From: Eledone cirrhosa
Lineage: Eukaryota
Assembly: GCA_964016885.1 (NCBI GenBank)
Contig: OZ024742.1
Span: 227,912,001 to 227,976,000 of the forward strand
Direction: 5' to 3'
DNA: 64,000 nucleotides
Within the stretch, counting starts at the first letter, position 1, and each line of letters opens with the position of its first letter. The notes beneath the pieces are model-generated. The model was not told the origin of the DNA and did no database searches. It saw only the letters and a program-made list of their open reading frames with translations. Of this stretch, positions 12,801-24,783 are shown in pieces. Both the position numbers and the translations under genes were made by a program.

Positions 12801-13153
12801 TGCGTGAACGACCCAGCATAAATGTGTTGAGAGAGAAACTGTGTCTGAGAGGGATAGAATGTAGTGTACGGGAGAGGAGACTGAGGTGGTATGGACATGT
12901 GATGCGCATGGAGGATGACCGATGGGTGAAGAAGTGCCAGGAAATGCCAGTTGAAGGAAGACGTGGTAGAGGTAGACCACGAAAAACATGGGCGGAGGTG
13001 GTGAGAACAGACCTCAGATCATTGAAGCTCACGGTGGAGATGACGAGGGACCGTGACGAGTGGAGAGATGCTGTGCTGAATAAGACCCGTCCCACCCTTG
13101 CAAGCAGGGAAAAGCGGACGTAAAATGATGATGATGATGATGATGATGATGAT
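9880..13153 (+). mobile_element. Apparently full-length RTE-clade LINE (subfamily A)
   Basis: Single uninterrupted APE-RT ORF, very short 3' UTR and (GAT)n tail at 13126-13153. The 5' boundary is approximate. Confidence 0.92.
10055..13123 (+). CDS. RTE polyprotein: AP endonuclease, reverse transcriptase and embedded PHD-type zinc finger
   Basis: TLNVGT, VQE, GDFNG, IDF and QHR (APE); DLEKAFD, QGSVLSP, YADD and FRYLG (RT); C-x2-C-x10-C-x2-C-x4-H-x2-C-x14-C-x2-C. Confidence 0.95.
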   Translation: MKTSHLRVATLNVGTLRGRSAEIAEMLERRQVDVCCVQEVRWRGASARLVVGKRLSYKLFWVGKDDGLGGVGIFLAEKWINKTIEVVRVSNRIIKLRLVVGRRLLTIISVYAPQAGLGKDEKDCFYEQLLQTTTMTEDGDIVMLAGDFNGHVGQLQDGYTGVHGGHGYGSRNEEGVRLLEFCDASTLTICNTNFQKPANHLITYKSGEHISQIDFLLVRQRDRQIVSNTKAYPGEECTPQHRLVVSDISVSKRWNETYRKVWRRKVWKLKDLSLKFKFRKALQDVYDEKEDDLETYDIDNNWKFLRDNLLKATDETCGWSRAPTRQRVTWWWNSSVDKAIRDKRLAWKAWNKGGSREEYTATKREARRQVYLARREAESRRFANVLRREDQRRAVFHIARQCVNANQDVVGDKCVRDDAGVLSVTNDQKKEAWKCHYERLMNVENEWEREKLPLVDPTEGPAIEIDEYRVQEAIREMKNGKAAGPSGIVAEMLKASGDVGTKLVARIINQAIYGGVIPKDWCSSILINCYKGKGDALERSNYRGIKLIDQVMKVAERILAQLIRERVKLDEMQFGFVPGKSTTDALFLVRQMQERFLEKNKPLYLAFVDLEKAFDRVPRSVIWWSLRKLGVEEWLVRTVQTLYRGTLSKVRVGMEFSEEFQIQVGVHQGSVLSPLLFIIVLQAITEEFKTGCPWELLYADDLALMAESVEELENKFRLWKQQLEARGLRVNLAKTKVLMSRKEDKTLIPSGKWPCSICRKGTGINSIKCTQCRSWVHKRCSGIAGKLTGREKYVCSRCTGKLDSRSRTDRHIFQMREGAIEVVDSFRYLGDQISMGGGCSEAIVSRIRTGWKKFRELLPLLTKKGFSLRTKGRLYDACVRSAMLHGSETWAATAEDMRRLERNEASMLRWMCSVNVRERPSINVLREKLCLRGIECSVRERRLRWYGHVMRMEDDRWVKKCQEMPVEGRRGRGRPRKTWAEVVRTDLRSLKLTVEMTRDRDEWRDAVLNKTRPTLASREKRT

Positions 13154-13479
13154 GGCTACCTATCTCACAATTTCGCTCCCATCACCCTCACTAACCAGCA
13201 TAGACTCGGTGACCTATCAAACCACAGCAACATATCCTCACCCATTACCTGCACCAACAAATTCTGCCATTACTACTACCGTCTTCCTATCCCCGCCCCT
13301 GAAGAAATTCTTGTTTATTGTTGTTATCTATGGATGAGCTGAGGATGATGGAACAACCCAAAATAAATAAATATGAATCCACGAGTTACCAGCGTCCATG
13401 TGAAGCTTTAATTCAGAGGCAGAAACCATACACACACAGCCTGCAAAAATTCACCCTCCCCCACCAGTGACAGCAAATG

Positions 13480-14545
13480 CCCAAAACTCTAAATTGGCAC
13501 CATCAACGTGAGCACAATGAAAGGAAGAGAGAAAGAAATCGTAGAGATGTTAGAATGAAAGGAAATTGATATATGTTGTGTGCAAGAGACTAGAGGGAGA
13601 GGAGAGCCTGCTAGAGATCCTTGTAGGCAAAAATCAGTGCTACAAATTTTTCTGGGTGGGAAATGACAATGAACTGGGGGAAGTATGTATCTTATTAGCT
13701 GACAAATGGGTAGATAAGATAATCTCAGTGAACAGGGTGAATGCAAGAATCATTTAACTCAGAGTAGTCCTGAATAAAACAATAATTACAATTATATCCA
13801 CTTACATACCCCAGTCTGGGTTGCCAAATGAACTTACGGATAGGTTTTATGAGTCCCTAATGCACACTGCTGCCTTAACAAATGACAATGACTTCCTAAT
13901 CATTGCAAGAGACTTTAACGGACACGTTGGGAAACACCGTGATGGCTTCTATAGAGTCCATGGAGGCTACGGGTTTGGGACAAGAAACTAAGAGGTCTTC
14001 AGGCTTTTAGAATTCTGCAACGCTGAAAGACCCCTCAGCCGGTAACAGATTTAAAGATATCTTTCGCGACGCCTATGACAGTATAGAAGAACTGATAGAG
14101 ACATTCAAAATAGGAGAACACTGGGAGTTCCTAAAAAATAACTTACTAAAGGCGACAGACAAGATTTGTGGTTGGAGCAAGACTACAGGGAGGAGAGTGG
14201 CTTAGTGGTGGAAAAATAAGGTACATGAGACAATTAAGGCCAAGAGACAGGCATGGAAAGAATGGAAGAACGGGGGAAGCAGGTACATTACATAGAGACC
14301 AGAAGGGAAGTTATGTGACAAGTATACTTAGTTAGAAGGGAAGAAAAGGATAAAAAATTCAAGCATGCTTTGCAGCGTGAAGACCAGAAACATGAGGTGT
14401 TCAGGATTGCGAGGCAGGGTGTGAGAGAACATTTTGACGTCATTGGTGAGAAGTGTGTCTGGGATGATAAAGGTGCACTTGCCCTCACAACTGTCGAGAA
14501 GAAAGTTATGTGGAAGAGCCATTATGAAAGACTAGCAGAAAAACC
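13480..14545 (+). mobile_element. Decayed 5' portion of an RTE LINE (APE and linker)
   Basis: IGTINVSTMKGR, YKFFWVGND and VFRIARQ...WKSHYERL, with stops and frameshifts. Confidence 0.85.
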
Positions 14546-14719
14546 ACACTTAGGGTGGTTTTATGCTAGCATGTGTAGTGTGTATATTGATATTATACGC
14601 AAGTATATATACATGTAGATATGATACATCAAGTAAAATCATAATTGACAATATACAGAAATTGAATGAAGACTGCGTTACACTGTCTTACGTAATCAGT
14701 AACGTAATCCATGATACAT

Positions 14720-14874
14720 TAGGTTGGCACTAGGAAGGGCATCCAGCTGTAGAAACCAAGCCCCAAATCGGTTCTGTATGAGCATGACATGGCCACCTGA
14801 CCCAGCACTACTCACAACAGGATAACTTGTCTAACCCATGCCAGCGTGGAAAAATGGACGTGAAACGGTGATGA
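14720..14874 (+). mobile_element. RTE-tail SINE / 3' UTR fragment
   Basis: ggttggcactaggaagggcatccagctgtagaaacc...aacccatgccagcgtggaaaaatggacgt...gatgat, shared with 39502-39908 and 60090-60247. Confidence 0.7.
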
Positions 14875-15825
14875 TATATATATATATATATATGGAATAC
14901 TGTTGGCTTCTTGCTACAATAATTTCTATACTTTTCATTTATATATATGAAGCAAAGGTTTTGTTTGTTGTGGAAGAGGATGATAAACACGACAAATTAC
15001 AATAATTTTGGTTACATTACTTTACTTCACTTCAGCAGAAAGGAAAAAAATATGATTACTTCAAATGGCAAATATAAAGTTTGATGGTAGTATTTACAAA
15101 TGAAAAAGTGTTCAAAAGGGCTTCTGTGTTGTGCAGCAGTCTTCTTGTTTAATATGCGATGTCCAATGATAAAGTGACAAATTGTAGTCAGACACTATGT
15201 GCCAGCATAGGTAGTAGTAAACTCGCAGTGGCAAGGAGGCTATGTTGTCTACTAAAAGAGACAGCTGACTGAGTGTAGTTGAAGTGCCAATGGAAGAATT
15301 GCTGTCTGGCCCTTGTCAAGGGGGCAACATTTTTTTGATAAGTGCTACATCTCGATACTTGCTTGAGCAACTCAAAGTGATCCTTCTCTTCCGACGAACT
15401 AGAGTGGATTGACCCAAAGAAAAACTTGTTTCACTTCACCCCAAGCTGGCCAGCCTCTCCAGACCAGTGACGCCAATCTCAGGATAAAGAGAAATGGCAG
15501 CCAGATGTCATTCGGGACGGGGGCAGTATGTGTAAAGAGATTTCGCTACATATGTATATATACTCACACATACTTACATATATACACACTTATACAAACA
15601 AATACATTCATACCAACATAGCTATATGAATCAACACCCACATAGAAGAAACACTCATAAACATATATACATACAAACATATATATATATATACACACAC
15701 ATATAGAAACACCAACAAGTATACCTAGATATAATTATAGGTATAAATACACACATATAAATACAAGAACATATATCCATATAGACACACACTGTATAAA
15801 ATCTGATTGATATTATTTATTAATA

Positions 15826-16558
15826 TATAACGGCGGCGAGATTCGAAACCGAATCTGAGCTTTCCCGCCTCTGGGACAAGCCGTGGTAACTTGTTTACAC
15901 TCAAGAGACTAACCCCTTGGGAGAGGCTAAACACAGGTCAGAGGTGTTTACACCTGACAGAAAATAGGTCAGAGGATATATCCATCTTTCTGATTTGTTT
16001 ACGCTTGGCAAACTAATCCCTTGGGGGACTCAAACCGAAGTTCAGAGGATATATCTATCCTTCTAACTTCAACCCTTATAAATACAGGGATTGTTTACGC
16101 CCCGACAGAAAAGAAGTGATATGTAGACAAGACGAGTCATTTACAAGCTCTCGTCACGAAAAACCAGTCTGCCACTTATTCTCATCTTCCTGGCTGATCG
16201 CTGACTCCTGCAATACAAATAAGTAAATATATTTACGCACACACGCATTCATAGTGAGTTCAGTATTTTTACATGCACCATTTCTGTTTACACATATTGT
16301 ACCTTTCTGATACAGTACAAATTATATTATAATCGTATTCTGTGATACTTGAATTTACGTGGCTCGAAGACCCACCAAATTATTGTATGAATATTTTGTG
16401 TTATTGATTTTATCATTCAATATTCAAATTGAATATAGTTATAATAAAATAAACTTTGTAACAACACAATCCTGGTATTTTTCTTTACATCGAAACCACC
16501 ATACCAACAGTTACATCCATCCACTTATCGTTACAACCACACATAATATTCCGTTACA
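15826..16558 (+). mobile_element. Solo LTR (Gypsy-like)
   Basis: Termini TATAACGG (probably decayed TGTAACGG) and CCGTTACA, 4-bp AATA target duplication, TATAAATA at 16077, AATAAA at 16443. Confidence 0.72.
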
Positions 16559-16902
16559 AATATGAAATCAGAAGATATGTTTAACCTACTACAAACATAA
16601 ATCGAAAGTATTCAGTAAATAAAAAAAATCAACGAACGTAATTATATACGATTATGAAAATATTGTTTTTTATAATAAAATAAACTTTGTAACAACACAA
16701 TCCTGGTATTTTTCTTTACATCGAAACCACCATACCAACAGTTACATCCATCCACTTATCGTTACAACCACACATAATATTCCGTTACAAATATGAAATC
16801 AGAAGATATGTTTAACCTACTACAAACACAAATCGAAAGTATTCAGTAAATAAAAAAAACCAACGAACGTAATTATATACGATTATTAAAATATTGTTTT
16901 TT
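16440..16902. repeat. Tandem duplication, 231-bp unit x2
   Basis: 16440-16670 and 16671-16901 are near-identical. Confidence 0.95.
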
Positions 16903-17011
16903 ATTATCGCCATAATCTTTATATATATCTACAAAACTTCATATAAAATTATTTACCATTAAGGAAGTTATGCAGGAACAAAATCTGTCGGGCGAGGCAC
17001 TAAATTTAGGA

Positions 17012-17325
17012 CACTACATTAGCTGTCAGTCGTGAAAGCAGGCGAAGATGACGTCATTCGTCAACCTTCTCAATCGTAAAACATCGTTTATTTCTGTATT
17101 ACCACGCGTTTTTTTTTATTTTTTCTTAAAGCATATAGATGTAAGTGGAGTTACTTAAATGAAAATATGTGGCCCAAATTAGAAAACATCAATATGCTTT
17201 AATAAAAAAAAATTTTTTAATTTCATTTAAGTAACTCCACTTAATCTATATGCTTTAATAAAAAAAAAAGAATATAAAAAAAAACGCGTCACCTTCGCCT
17301 GTTTCACGGTAATAGCATGGTAGTG
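17012..17325. mobile_element. Foldback MITE with CACTA-like termini
   Basis: CACTAC...GTAGTG ends with nested inverted arms (aagcatatagatgtaagtggagttacttaaatgaaa and its complement). A related copy starts at 19988. Confidence 0.6.
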
Positions 17326-18464
17326 TCAATTTAAGTTATTCCGGAATCAACTACGTCATACATTTTCTACGAAACTAACTAGATTTCAACTAGGTTTCCT
17401 TCATGCTGTCTAGTCGAGATGTTAAGCAGTTCATTTAGCCATCAGAGCCACTGTTAAATCCTACCGTGTTGCATCCTGGACAAGCGCCATTTACTATAGA
17501 ATTATTTGAAAACAATAAGCAGTGTCTTTCATAAAAAATATGGTAATATAGGGGCAAACGTGAACTGGGTATTTAGTGCGTAATATATTTTGTCTATTTA
17601 GTGTGTAGATATATCTTATATAGCTCTTTTGATACTAAACTGACTGAAATTTCCCCCTTTTCAAAATAATTTAAAAACTATTGACTGTCTTTTATATGAA
17701 ATGTAACGGAAGGTTCTAACATCGAAGTTAACTTAATTTTTTTTGTTAGTTTGTAAATTTCTAAACTTTATTTCACTTAAACTAAATGGAAATGTGATCA
17801 AAACTGTACAATATACATGGCAATAGGGCAACAAAAGAAGTAAAAGAAAAAAAACTTAAGCAACGGAAGAAAGGGAGATGGAGAGGGAACGACAGACTGT
17901 AAACCCCAATTTGAGGGTGTTTCACCTGCGCTTCGATGACAGCCACCCCATCTATTGCGGGCTACTATCTTTCCGATTTTACGGAGGAAATAGGTAGGAC
18001 GGGAGGCGATGACACGGCGATCGGAACCGAAGTACAGAAAATAACGAATTAAGTTTCTGTTTGCTTTGTGTAATAGTTCAGCATGTTCGGTGGATAGATT
18101 AGTTGATAGCATACGAAAAAAATGGAGGAAAAATAATTATTTCCTTCTGAAATGGAACAATCATCGTTGTTTCCGACGGGGGTCATACAGCAGTATGTTG
18201 TATTCGGCTGATTAGCACCACCGATTCTTTTTTTTTGTTTTGTTTTTGTTAATATAATCCTAATTTCCAATAGTTTTTATTTGTACCAAAAACCACCCGT
18301 TTTTACAATACAAATCTGTTTTTTTATTTATCAAAAATCTTTCATCACATTCTCTCTCTATATAAAATTCTTTGTCGTTCATCTTCACGTAAATACTTAA
18401 TCAGAAACAGAATTAAACACGATTCGGGCGGTGGTTTACACACACACATTTATATACAATTATC

Positions 18465-18945
18465 TATATCTACATATAATATAAAATAATGGAACTTCCG
18501 TCATCCTTTTGAAAAACGTGGACACACTACTTCTATGCAATGGTACACATATCACAGCCAGGATGATGATGAACCATTTCATAGAGGTCACTATTCTTGG
18601 AGGCAATCATCAAAGAGAAAATGCATTTATTCCAAAGATTCCTCTTACCCCTTCCTCTACCGAGCTGCCATTCAAATTCTCCAGACTCCAGTTCCTTGTT
18701 AGAGCCAGTTTTGCTATGACCGTAAATAAAGCTAAGTCTCGGGGTTTCAAAGTTGTAGAATTGAATACAAGAGAAGCGCTTTTTACCCATGGACAGTTAT
18801 ATTTAGGTTGTTCACGAATAGGAACACCTAAAAATCTTCTACTATGCACGAACGGTAAAACGAAGAATCTGGTGTATCTGGAAGATATTTTACTGTTTAT
18901 TTTTTTTGTAACACACGCACACCACGGTCTCGCCTCATACTGTAA
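18465..18945 (+). mobile_element. Helitron fragment, PIF1 helicase C-terminus
   Basis: ORF 18509-18988: LCNGT...FIPKIPL...LPFKFSRLQF.VRASFAMTVNKA...FTHGQLY.GCSR...TKNLVY. Confidence 0.85.
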
Positions 18946-19987
18946 ACCAGGCATTTTATCTTGTACGTGTTTTCTTTTCAGCCTATGACGTTCGGTGGAG
19001 TTGAGCCGAACTGTCAAATAAACTTTGCTTTTTATAGGTGCAGGTTGTATATAGGCACAGGAGTAATAAAAATAAGTGTGGAAGGAAGTAGAAGCAGAGG
19101 AAAACAAAGAAAAACAGAGCTAAGACTTCACCGACAGCTCACTGTAGTGTGAGACGAGGCCCGTGAGGGTGCCTGGTTAATTCAGCGCCCTAGTAACCAG
19201 TGGTAATGCTGCGAGCATGGCTTGCTTGAAAATGTGCAGTTAACCTCTTAAGGTGTGAGGTGCGACCGATTATCACATTTATATTATTGTTATTATTCAC
19301 TGTTAAGACATTATATTTGTCCTTCTGAACGAATTGCGAGCAATTTGTTATGTTACTTATGTCTATATTTGCAACGTTATTCTACTGTAAATTTATACAA
19401 CTGGTAAATAAAATAACTCTTCTCTTATCATATTTACCCAGACAGAAAATTAGTTATATAAATAAAACCTTTCAAATTCTTGATTATTTTCAAAATTATT
19501 TGAAAACCATATAAATATTGTTCAGATGTGTTGATAATGCTTTTGTTTGTATCTTCTTTCATTTTCATATTTCTTCCGGGTAACCGTTTACGCGCAACTG
19601 ACTCAAGAAACTCTAATTATATCTTCCTACCTATATCCAAACCGACTGTTGTCTCGTTCTAGTGATACCGTCATTAAATTTGGTATTTTTCCTACTATTT
19701 GACAACATGAAATAAAGAAAGAAACAAATAGATTATTTATATTTACTAACCCGAAGTGATCTTTGTTATTTTTCATCAGAGAACAGTTTATTTCAGTTTC
19801 AAAATGCAGTTACGTACTTTTTTTTAAACAAATCACATAATAAATAATTATATATAATAAATAATATTAAATAATGATTTCATTTATTGGCCACAAATAA
19901 TAAATAATAAATACATATACGTTTGAAATTTCGAAGGAAGAAAAAATGTTAAATTCGTCGTATTGTGTTTATTTTTTATTTTATTGT

Positions 19988-20400
19988 CACTACAACGCTA
20001 TTAGCTGTCAGTCGATGAAAGCAAAACATCGTTTATTTTCGTATTACTACCACCAAATGAACAATTTTTTAATCGTTTATTTGCGTATTACTACCACTTA
20101 AATGAAAAAAAATTTATCGTTTATTTCCGTATTACTTACTACCACTTAAATGAAACATTTTTTTTTTCACGCGTTTTTTTTTATTTTTTTATTTTTTATT
20201 AATGCATATAGATGTAAGTGGAGTTACTTAAATGGTGAAAATGACTTGTTTTCTACATTGATAACCATGACTGAAAATATAAATGATTAAATCCAATTTA
20301 TTTGATAACCATGACTTGTTTTCTAATTTGGCCCTTTTAAGGGCCACCTATATTTTCATTTAAGTAAGTCCACTTACATCGATATGCTTTAATAAAAAAA
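19988..20400. mobile_element. Second copy of the CACTA-ended foldback MITE (one terminus visible)
   Basis: CACTACAACGCTATTAGCTGTCAGTC and the same internal inverted arms as 17012-17325. Confidence 0.55.
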
Positions 20401-20831
20401 ACTATTGATGAAATAACTACGTCATTCTTTTTAAACCCGCTAGAACTAACAAATCTACTCCTAGCTCAAAATTTCATCACGGCCCATTAATTCCAATATA
20501 TTATCCGTAGCCGAACGGAATAAAATTCTAAAAATACCATGATTATGTGGGCATTCTCCCCCACTTAAAAAAATGTCCTCTTTATATATATATATATTAC
20601 TTTATAACTCTGTACGTATTCCAATCGCAATGCTTGGGTACTGTTATTTAAATATATATATTTTAAAAAAAATATAAATTGCGTTTATATAACGATTATA
20701 AAAAAAATAAAACTTTCCAACATTATTAAAGTCTATCACAGGAACCCTAAAGCCTCTACTTTAACAAGGAAAATCGCCATAAAAATTAAAAAATAAAAAC
20801 TTGTATACAATCATGTTAGTAAACATCGTAT

Positions 20832-21788
20832 ACTAGACATGAAAAATGCGCAAGCTCAAAAGTGCCACAGAATGTTATAATAAACCTTCAAAAGTGTGGG
20901 ACTAGAGTTGTTGCTAAAAAATATTGTAATCATTATATATCGTACATTCTGTGGCATCCTTTATAAAAATAGCTTAAACCAACGAAGCCTTTATTTTTAC
21001 GCTATTTCACTTAGTTAATTCTTAGAGTGTAACATATAAAAATATGATTTACAACTATAAAATAAATTAATTAATATAATAACAGAGCTGCGGAGCTGAA
21101 ATTTAGGAAATAAGGGAATATCGGATCCTGAGTTGGAGCCAGTCAATTTTTGGCCGACTCCGCAGCCCTGTATAATACATTTCATATTAAAGTTATTAAT
21201 AAACCTATTTTACACTGCATGCAAATTACCATGAGATATTGATATTAGATATAAGATACAGCGCAATATCTACAGCTGTAAAAGTACGAAAGCGAAGTAA
21301 TAATAAGTGGCTTAAGGTAATTCCAATATGAAAGTTTGTAGTGATAAAAATTTGATAATGCAATACGATTGTTAATATTATAGTTCTATGAAAATGTAAC
21401 AATAGATAACTAAATTATTTTACTATTAGTATATTTAAGAAATTATCATTATAGATTTGATCGTTCATATAAGCATCATATTAATTTTCAACACAATTAT
21501 TTTGTTACTATGAGTATATGATAATAATATTACGTAATTATTTATAGCTGTTATTACATTAAACATAGATGTATTTATTTTTATATGTTACACTCTAAGA
21601 ATTAACTAAGTGAAATAGCGTAAAAATAAAGGCTTCGTTGGTTTAAGCTATTTTTATAAAGGATGCCACAGAATGTACGATATATAATGATTACAATATT
21701 TTTTAGCAACAACTCTAGTCCCACACTTTTGAAGGTTTATTATAACATTCTGTGGCACTTTTGAGCTTGCGCATTTTTCATGTCTAGT
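20832..21788. repeat. 213-bp inverted repeat with 531-bp spacer
   Basis: 20832-21044 is the reverse complement of 21576-21788; no mismatch seen by eye. Confidence 0.92.
21083..21170. mobile_element. 88-bp hAT-type MITE
   Basis: TIRs CAGAGCTGCGGAG / CTCCGCAGCCCTG; 8-bp flanks TATAATAA / TATAATAC. Confidence 0.75.
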
Positions 21789-22979
21789 TTAATATTTTTT
21801 TAAGGCAACGCTTGTAATAACTCTAGTTAAAGAGGATATATATTAATAATAAATTATCGTTGTAATGTAATTAGATTATGTAATTGTTATTATAAATTAT
21901 CTTATAAATATTAGTGTAAGATGTATAAAAATATTTTCAGACTTTTAATATAAACAACTACAAAAAACAATCAATATTAAATCAATATATTATACATAAT
22001 AGAAAACATAAAATAAACAATACAAAAACAAAATATTTACATACAATTGCAATTATCAGTGTATATACATTTTCTTTATATTCCCTGAGCAAATTAATAA
22101 GATTTGTTTTTATTGTACATAATTTGATGACTTGTTGGAGTGTATTAAAAGATAGCAACAATTTGTGATTAAATTGTTATCTTAAGCAACTCACTTTTTA
22201 ATAGTTGTTGGCTGAGCGAAATTGTAAAAGCCTATGAGCAAATATAAAAAAAAATACACAAACAACATTTCCTTGTGTTATTACAACATTAGATAAAATA
22301 ATTGAGCAATGTCGTTATATTTTGCTCTTATTGCACATTAATAGTGTTTCTATTTTTCGGCACAAATCCATTACGGCAGTCCATTACTGGTACTTTATTT
22401 TATCGAATTAGTAAGTATGAAAGTCGAAGTTAACCTCGGCAGGATTTGAACTTAGAATGCAAAGGACCATAACAATACTGCAAAGCATGGTGTCTGACGC
22501 TCTACCAATACTTGTGTTGAGCTGGTCATTAATTTATGGTGGTCGTGCGTGGAGTAGAGCAATCGCTAGTTGAAATATTATGAACAAAACATTTTTATTT
22601 GCCGAAGAACATATTTTCAATACTGTTTGTGAATGTGACGAAGGAAATACATTCTGATATGGAACAGTGTACAAAGTGTGTCTGTGAATAACATAATGTT
22701 ACCTCATGTTGTTGTCAAGACATAATGGATTTCGTATATCCAGTTAGAAGATGAAACCTAGCCATCTCGGATTAGTTATATTTCATGCCATGTGTAAACG
22801 TGTTTGAGGATAGCAAAATATGCGTGTTTCTTGTCTGGAAACTTTCTGCTAAACTGATTGGTTTCGTTTTTGGCACTATACAATACTCATCCAACAGATA
22901 GCTGTATTGGATCCTTGATTGGTTAATATTTAGGTGAGGGTGCTTGATGCAGAGTTAGTGCAAAATGGATCAATGAGTG

Positions 22980-23635
22980 TAATAATAATAATGATAATAA
23001 TAATGAAAATATTGTGTACAATGCTGAGGTGCACTACAACTCATCAAAAGTGCATATATAATACATAGGGTAATATAAAAACGTCAGGAAAAAAGAACAG
23101 TGCATGAGTCATGATATACACATATGTGCATGTGTATGGAAGGGGGACATCAGGTGTAGTTTTGGTGTATTTCGGAATGTATGATGGTTTTAAAGGATGC
23201 AGTGTGTCATCAGCTAACAACTGATGCAGGAAGTTTGTTCCACCCTTCAGCAACTCTGAGCATGAAGAAATATTTCCTAAAGTCATGGGAGCTGTGTTGT
23301 TTTCTGACTTTGTAGGCATGTCCACGTGTTAGACACATGGAGATCAAAAAGGTGTTCGGGGTTGTTGTTGGTCGGATGGTTAATAACTTTGTGGGTGTTT
23401 ACCAAGTCCATTGCCAGAGGGAAGCAAAATATTCAGGGTATGGTAGGTGTCTGATGGAGGGTATGCGCTTGGTTGCATGTCTCTGAACAGTTTCCAGGAG
23501 GTCAATGTTCTGAGCAAGATAGGGGTTCCAGACTGATGACGCGAACTCCAAGTGTATTCGTACCATAGATGTATACAGCTTTAAATAGATGGCTGGAGAG
23601 CAGCTAATGAAGGTCTTGCTGATTGATGCCAAGTC
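22980..23635 (-). mobile_element. CR1/L2-clade LINE 3' fragment
   Basis: LYTSMVRIHLEFASSVWNPY...LETVQRHATK; (ATT)n tail at 22980-23003. Confidence 0.8.
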
Positions 23636-23821
23636 AATCTTAATAAATTGACTGATTTATCTGTTCACTACTGCTAATCCACCGCTGTTTGTACAATTTT
23701 TTAGATAATGTCAATTTGAGCTTGAATCATTGGCGTAATGAAATTTGAAAAGATTATAAGCAAATCTTTTTTAAAATACACAGACAACATTTAACTGTAT
23801 CGTTGCAACATTAGATCTAAT

Positions 23822-23995
23822 AATTGTTTCTACTTTAGGCACAAGGCCAGCAATTACCCAGTGCATTACTGGTACTTTATTTTATCTACCCCGTAAGGAT
23901 GAAAGGCAAAGTCAACCTCGGCAGGATTTGAACTCAGATCGTAAAGGGACGTAACTATGCTGGAAAGCATGGCATCCGACCCTCTACCAATACTG
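23822..23995 (-). mobile_element. tRNA-derived SINE (other copies at ~22380-22510, 25453-25495, 45393-45570, 63667-63775)
   Basis: Minus strand has a B-box-like GAGTTCAAATCC followed by gccgaggttgactttgcctttcatcc...gataaaataaagtaccagt; at least five copies in the window. Confidence 0.75.
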
Positions 23996-24516
23996 CCAAA
24001 ATAATGGAGCAACATTTGTGCAGAATTATTGTTTGTGCAATAAGATATTTGCAGATCTGTACTTGGTCTGCTCTTTAGCCAACTCGGTACGTTTAGAAGC
24101 TCTACGCTCGGCTTGCTTTTGAGATATAATAGCTGAATTTGCAGATCTATACTTGGCCTGCTTGTTTGCCAACTCATACCGTTTTGAACATCTATACTTG
24201 GCCTGTTTTTGTGTTAATTTAGCAAAATTCACAGCTCTATAATCGGCCTGTTTTTGTCTCAACTTCTCCCGATTCCGCATCCGGTAAGCTGCTTTCACAT
24301 CCAATTTAATACGCCCATCTAGATTATTAGCACAGGAATGTGAACAAGCTTGTGGGACCGCATCATTGTAAGTATATGAACTGCCTGCAACATCAAGACC
24401 CAATTCACAAGTGCAGCGTTGCTCATTCACATCGGCAGTGGGGACACCAAAATCAGTGACAGGTCTCGATTCACTCGCGAGATACATCACAGCTACACTA
24501 TATATTTAAACATATA

Positions 24517-24580
24517 TACAGTGATACCTCGCTACTTGGCGGTTCAACTATCGCGGATTCACGATTTCGCGCAGTTTTAG
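24517..24580. mobile_element. pogo/Tigger-like terminal inverted repeat (single end)
   Basis: TA-CAGTGATACCTCGCTA...GCGGTTCAACTATCGCGGATTCAC; partner end not found. Confidence 0.4.
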
Positions 24581-24656
24581 AATATATATATGAACACCTA
24601 AAATTTTTCATTAAATCCATTAAAATATTAATAATAAACACAGTTCTAATCATACG

Positions 24657-24695
<39 letters not shown>

Positions 24696-24783
24696 TAAGT
24701 AATTAATACCGTATAAATGGTACAAAGACTGTTTATGTAAAATGTATTTCTCAACAGAGTATTGAATACTTAGGAGAAATTCA

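Noticed and set aside
10663-13095. Antisense ORFs over RTE copies (also at 57594-59667)
   Set aside because: Shadow frames of the RTE coding strand.
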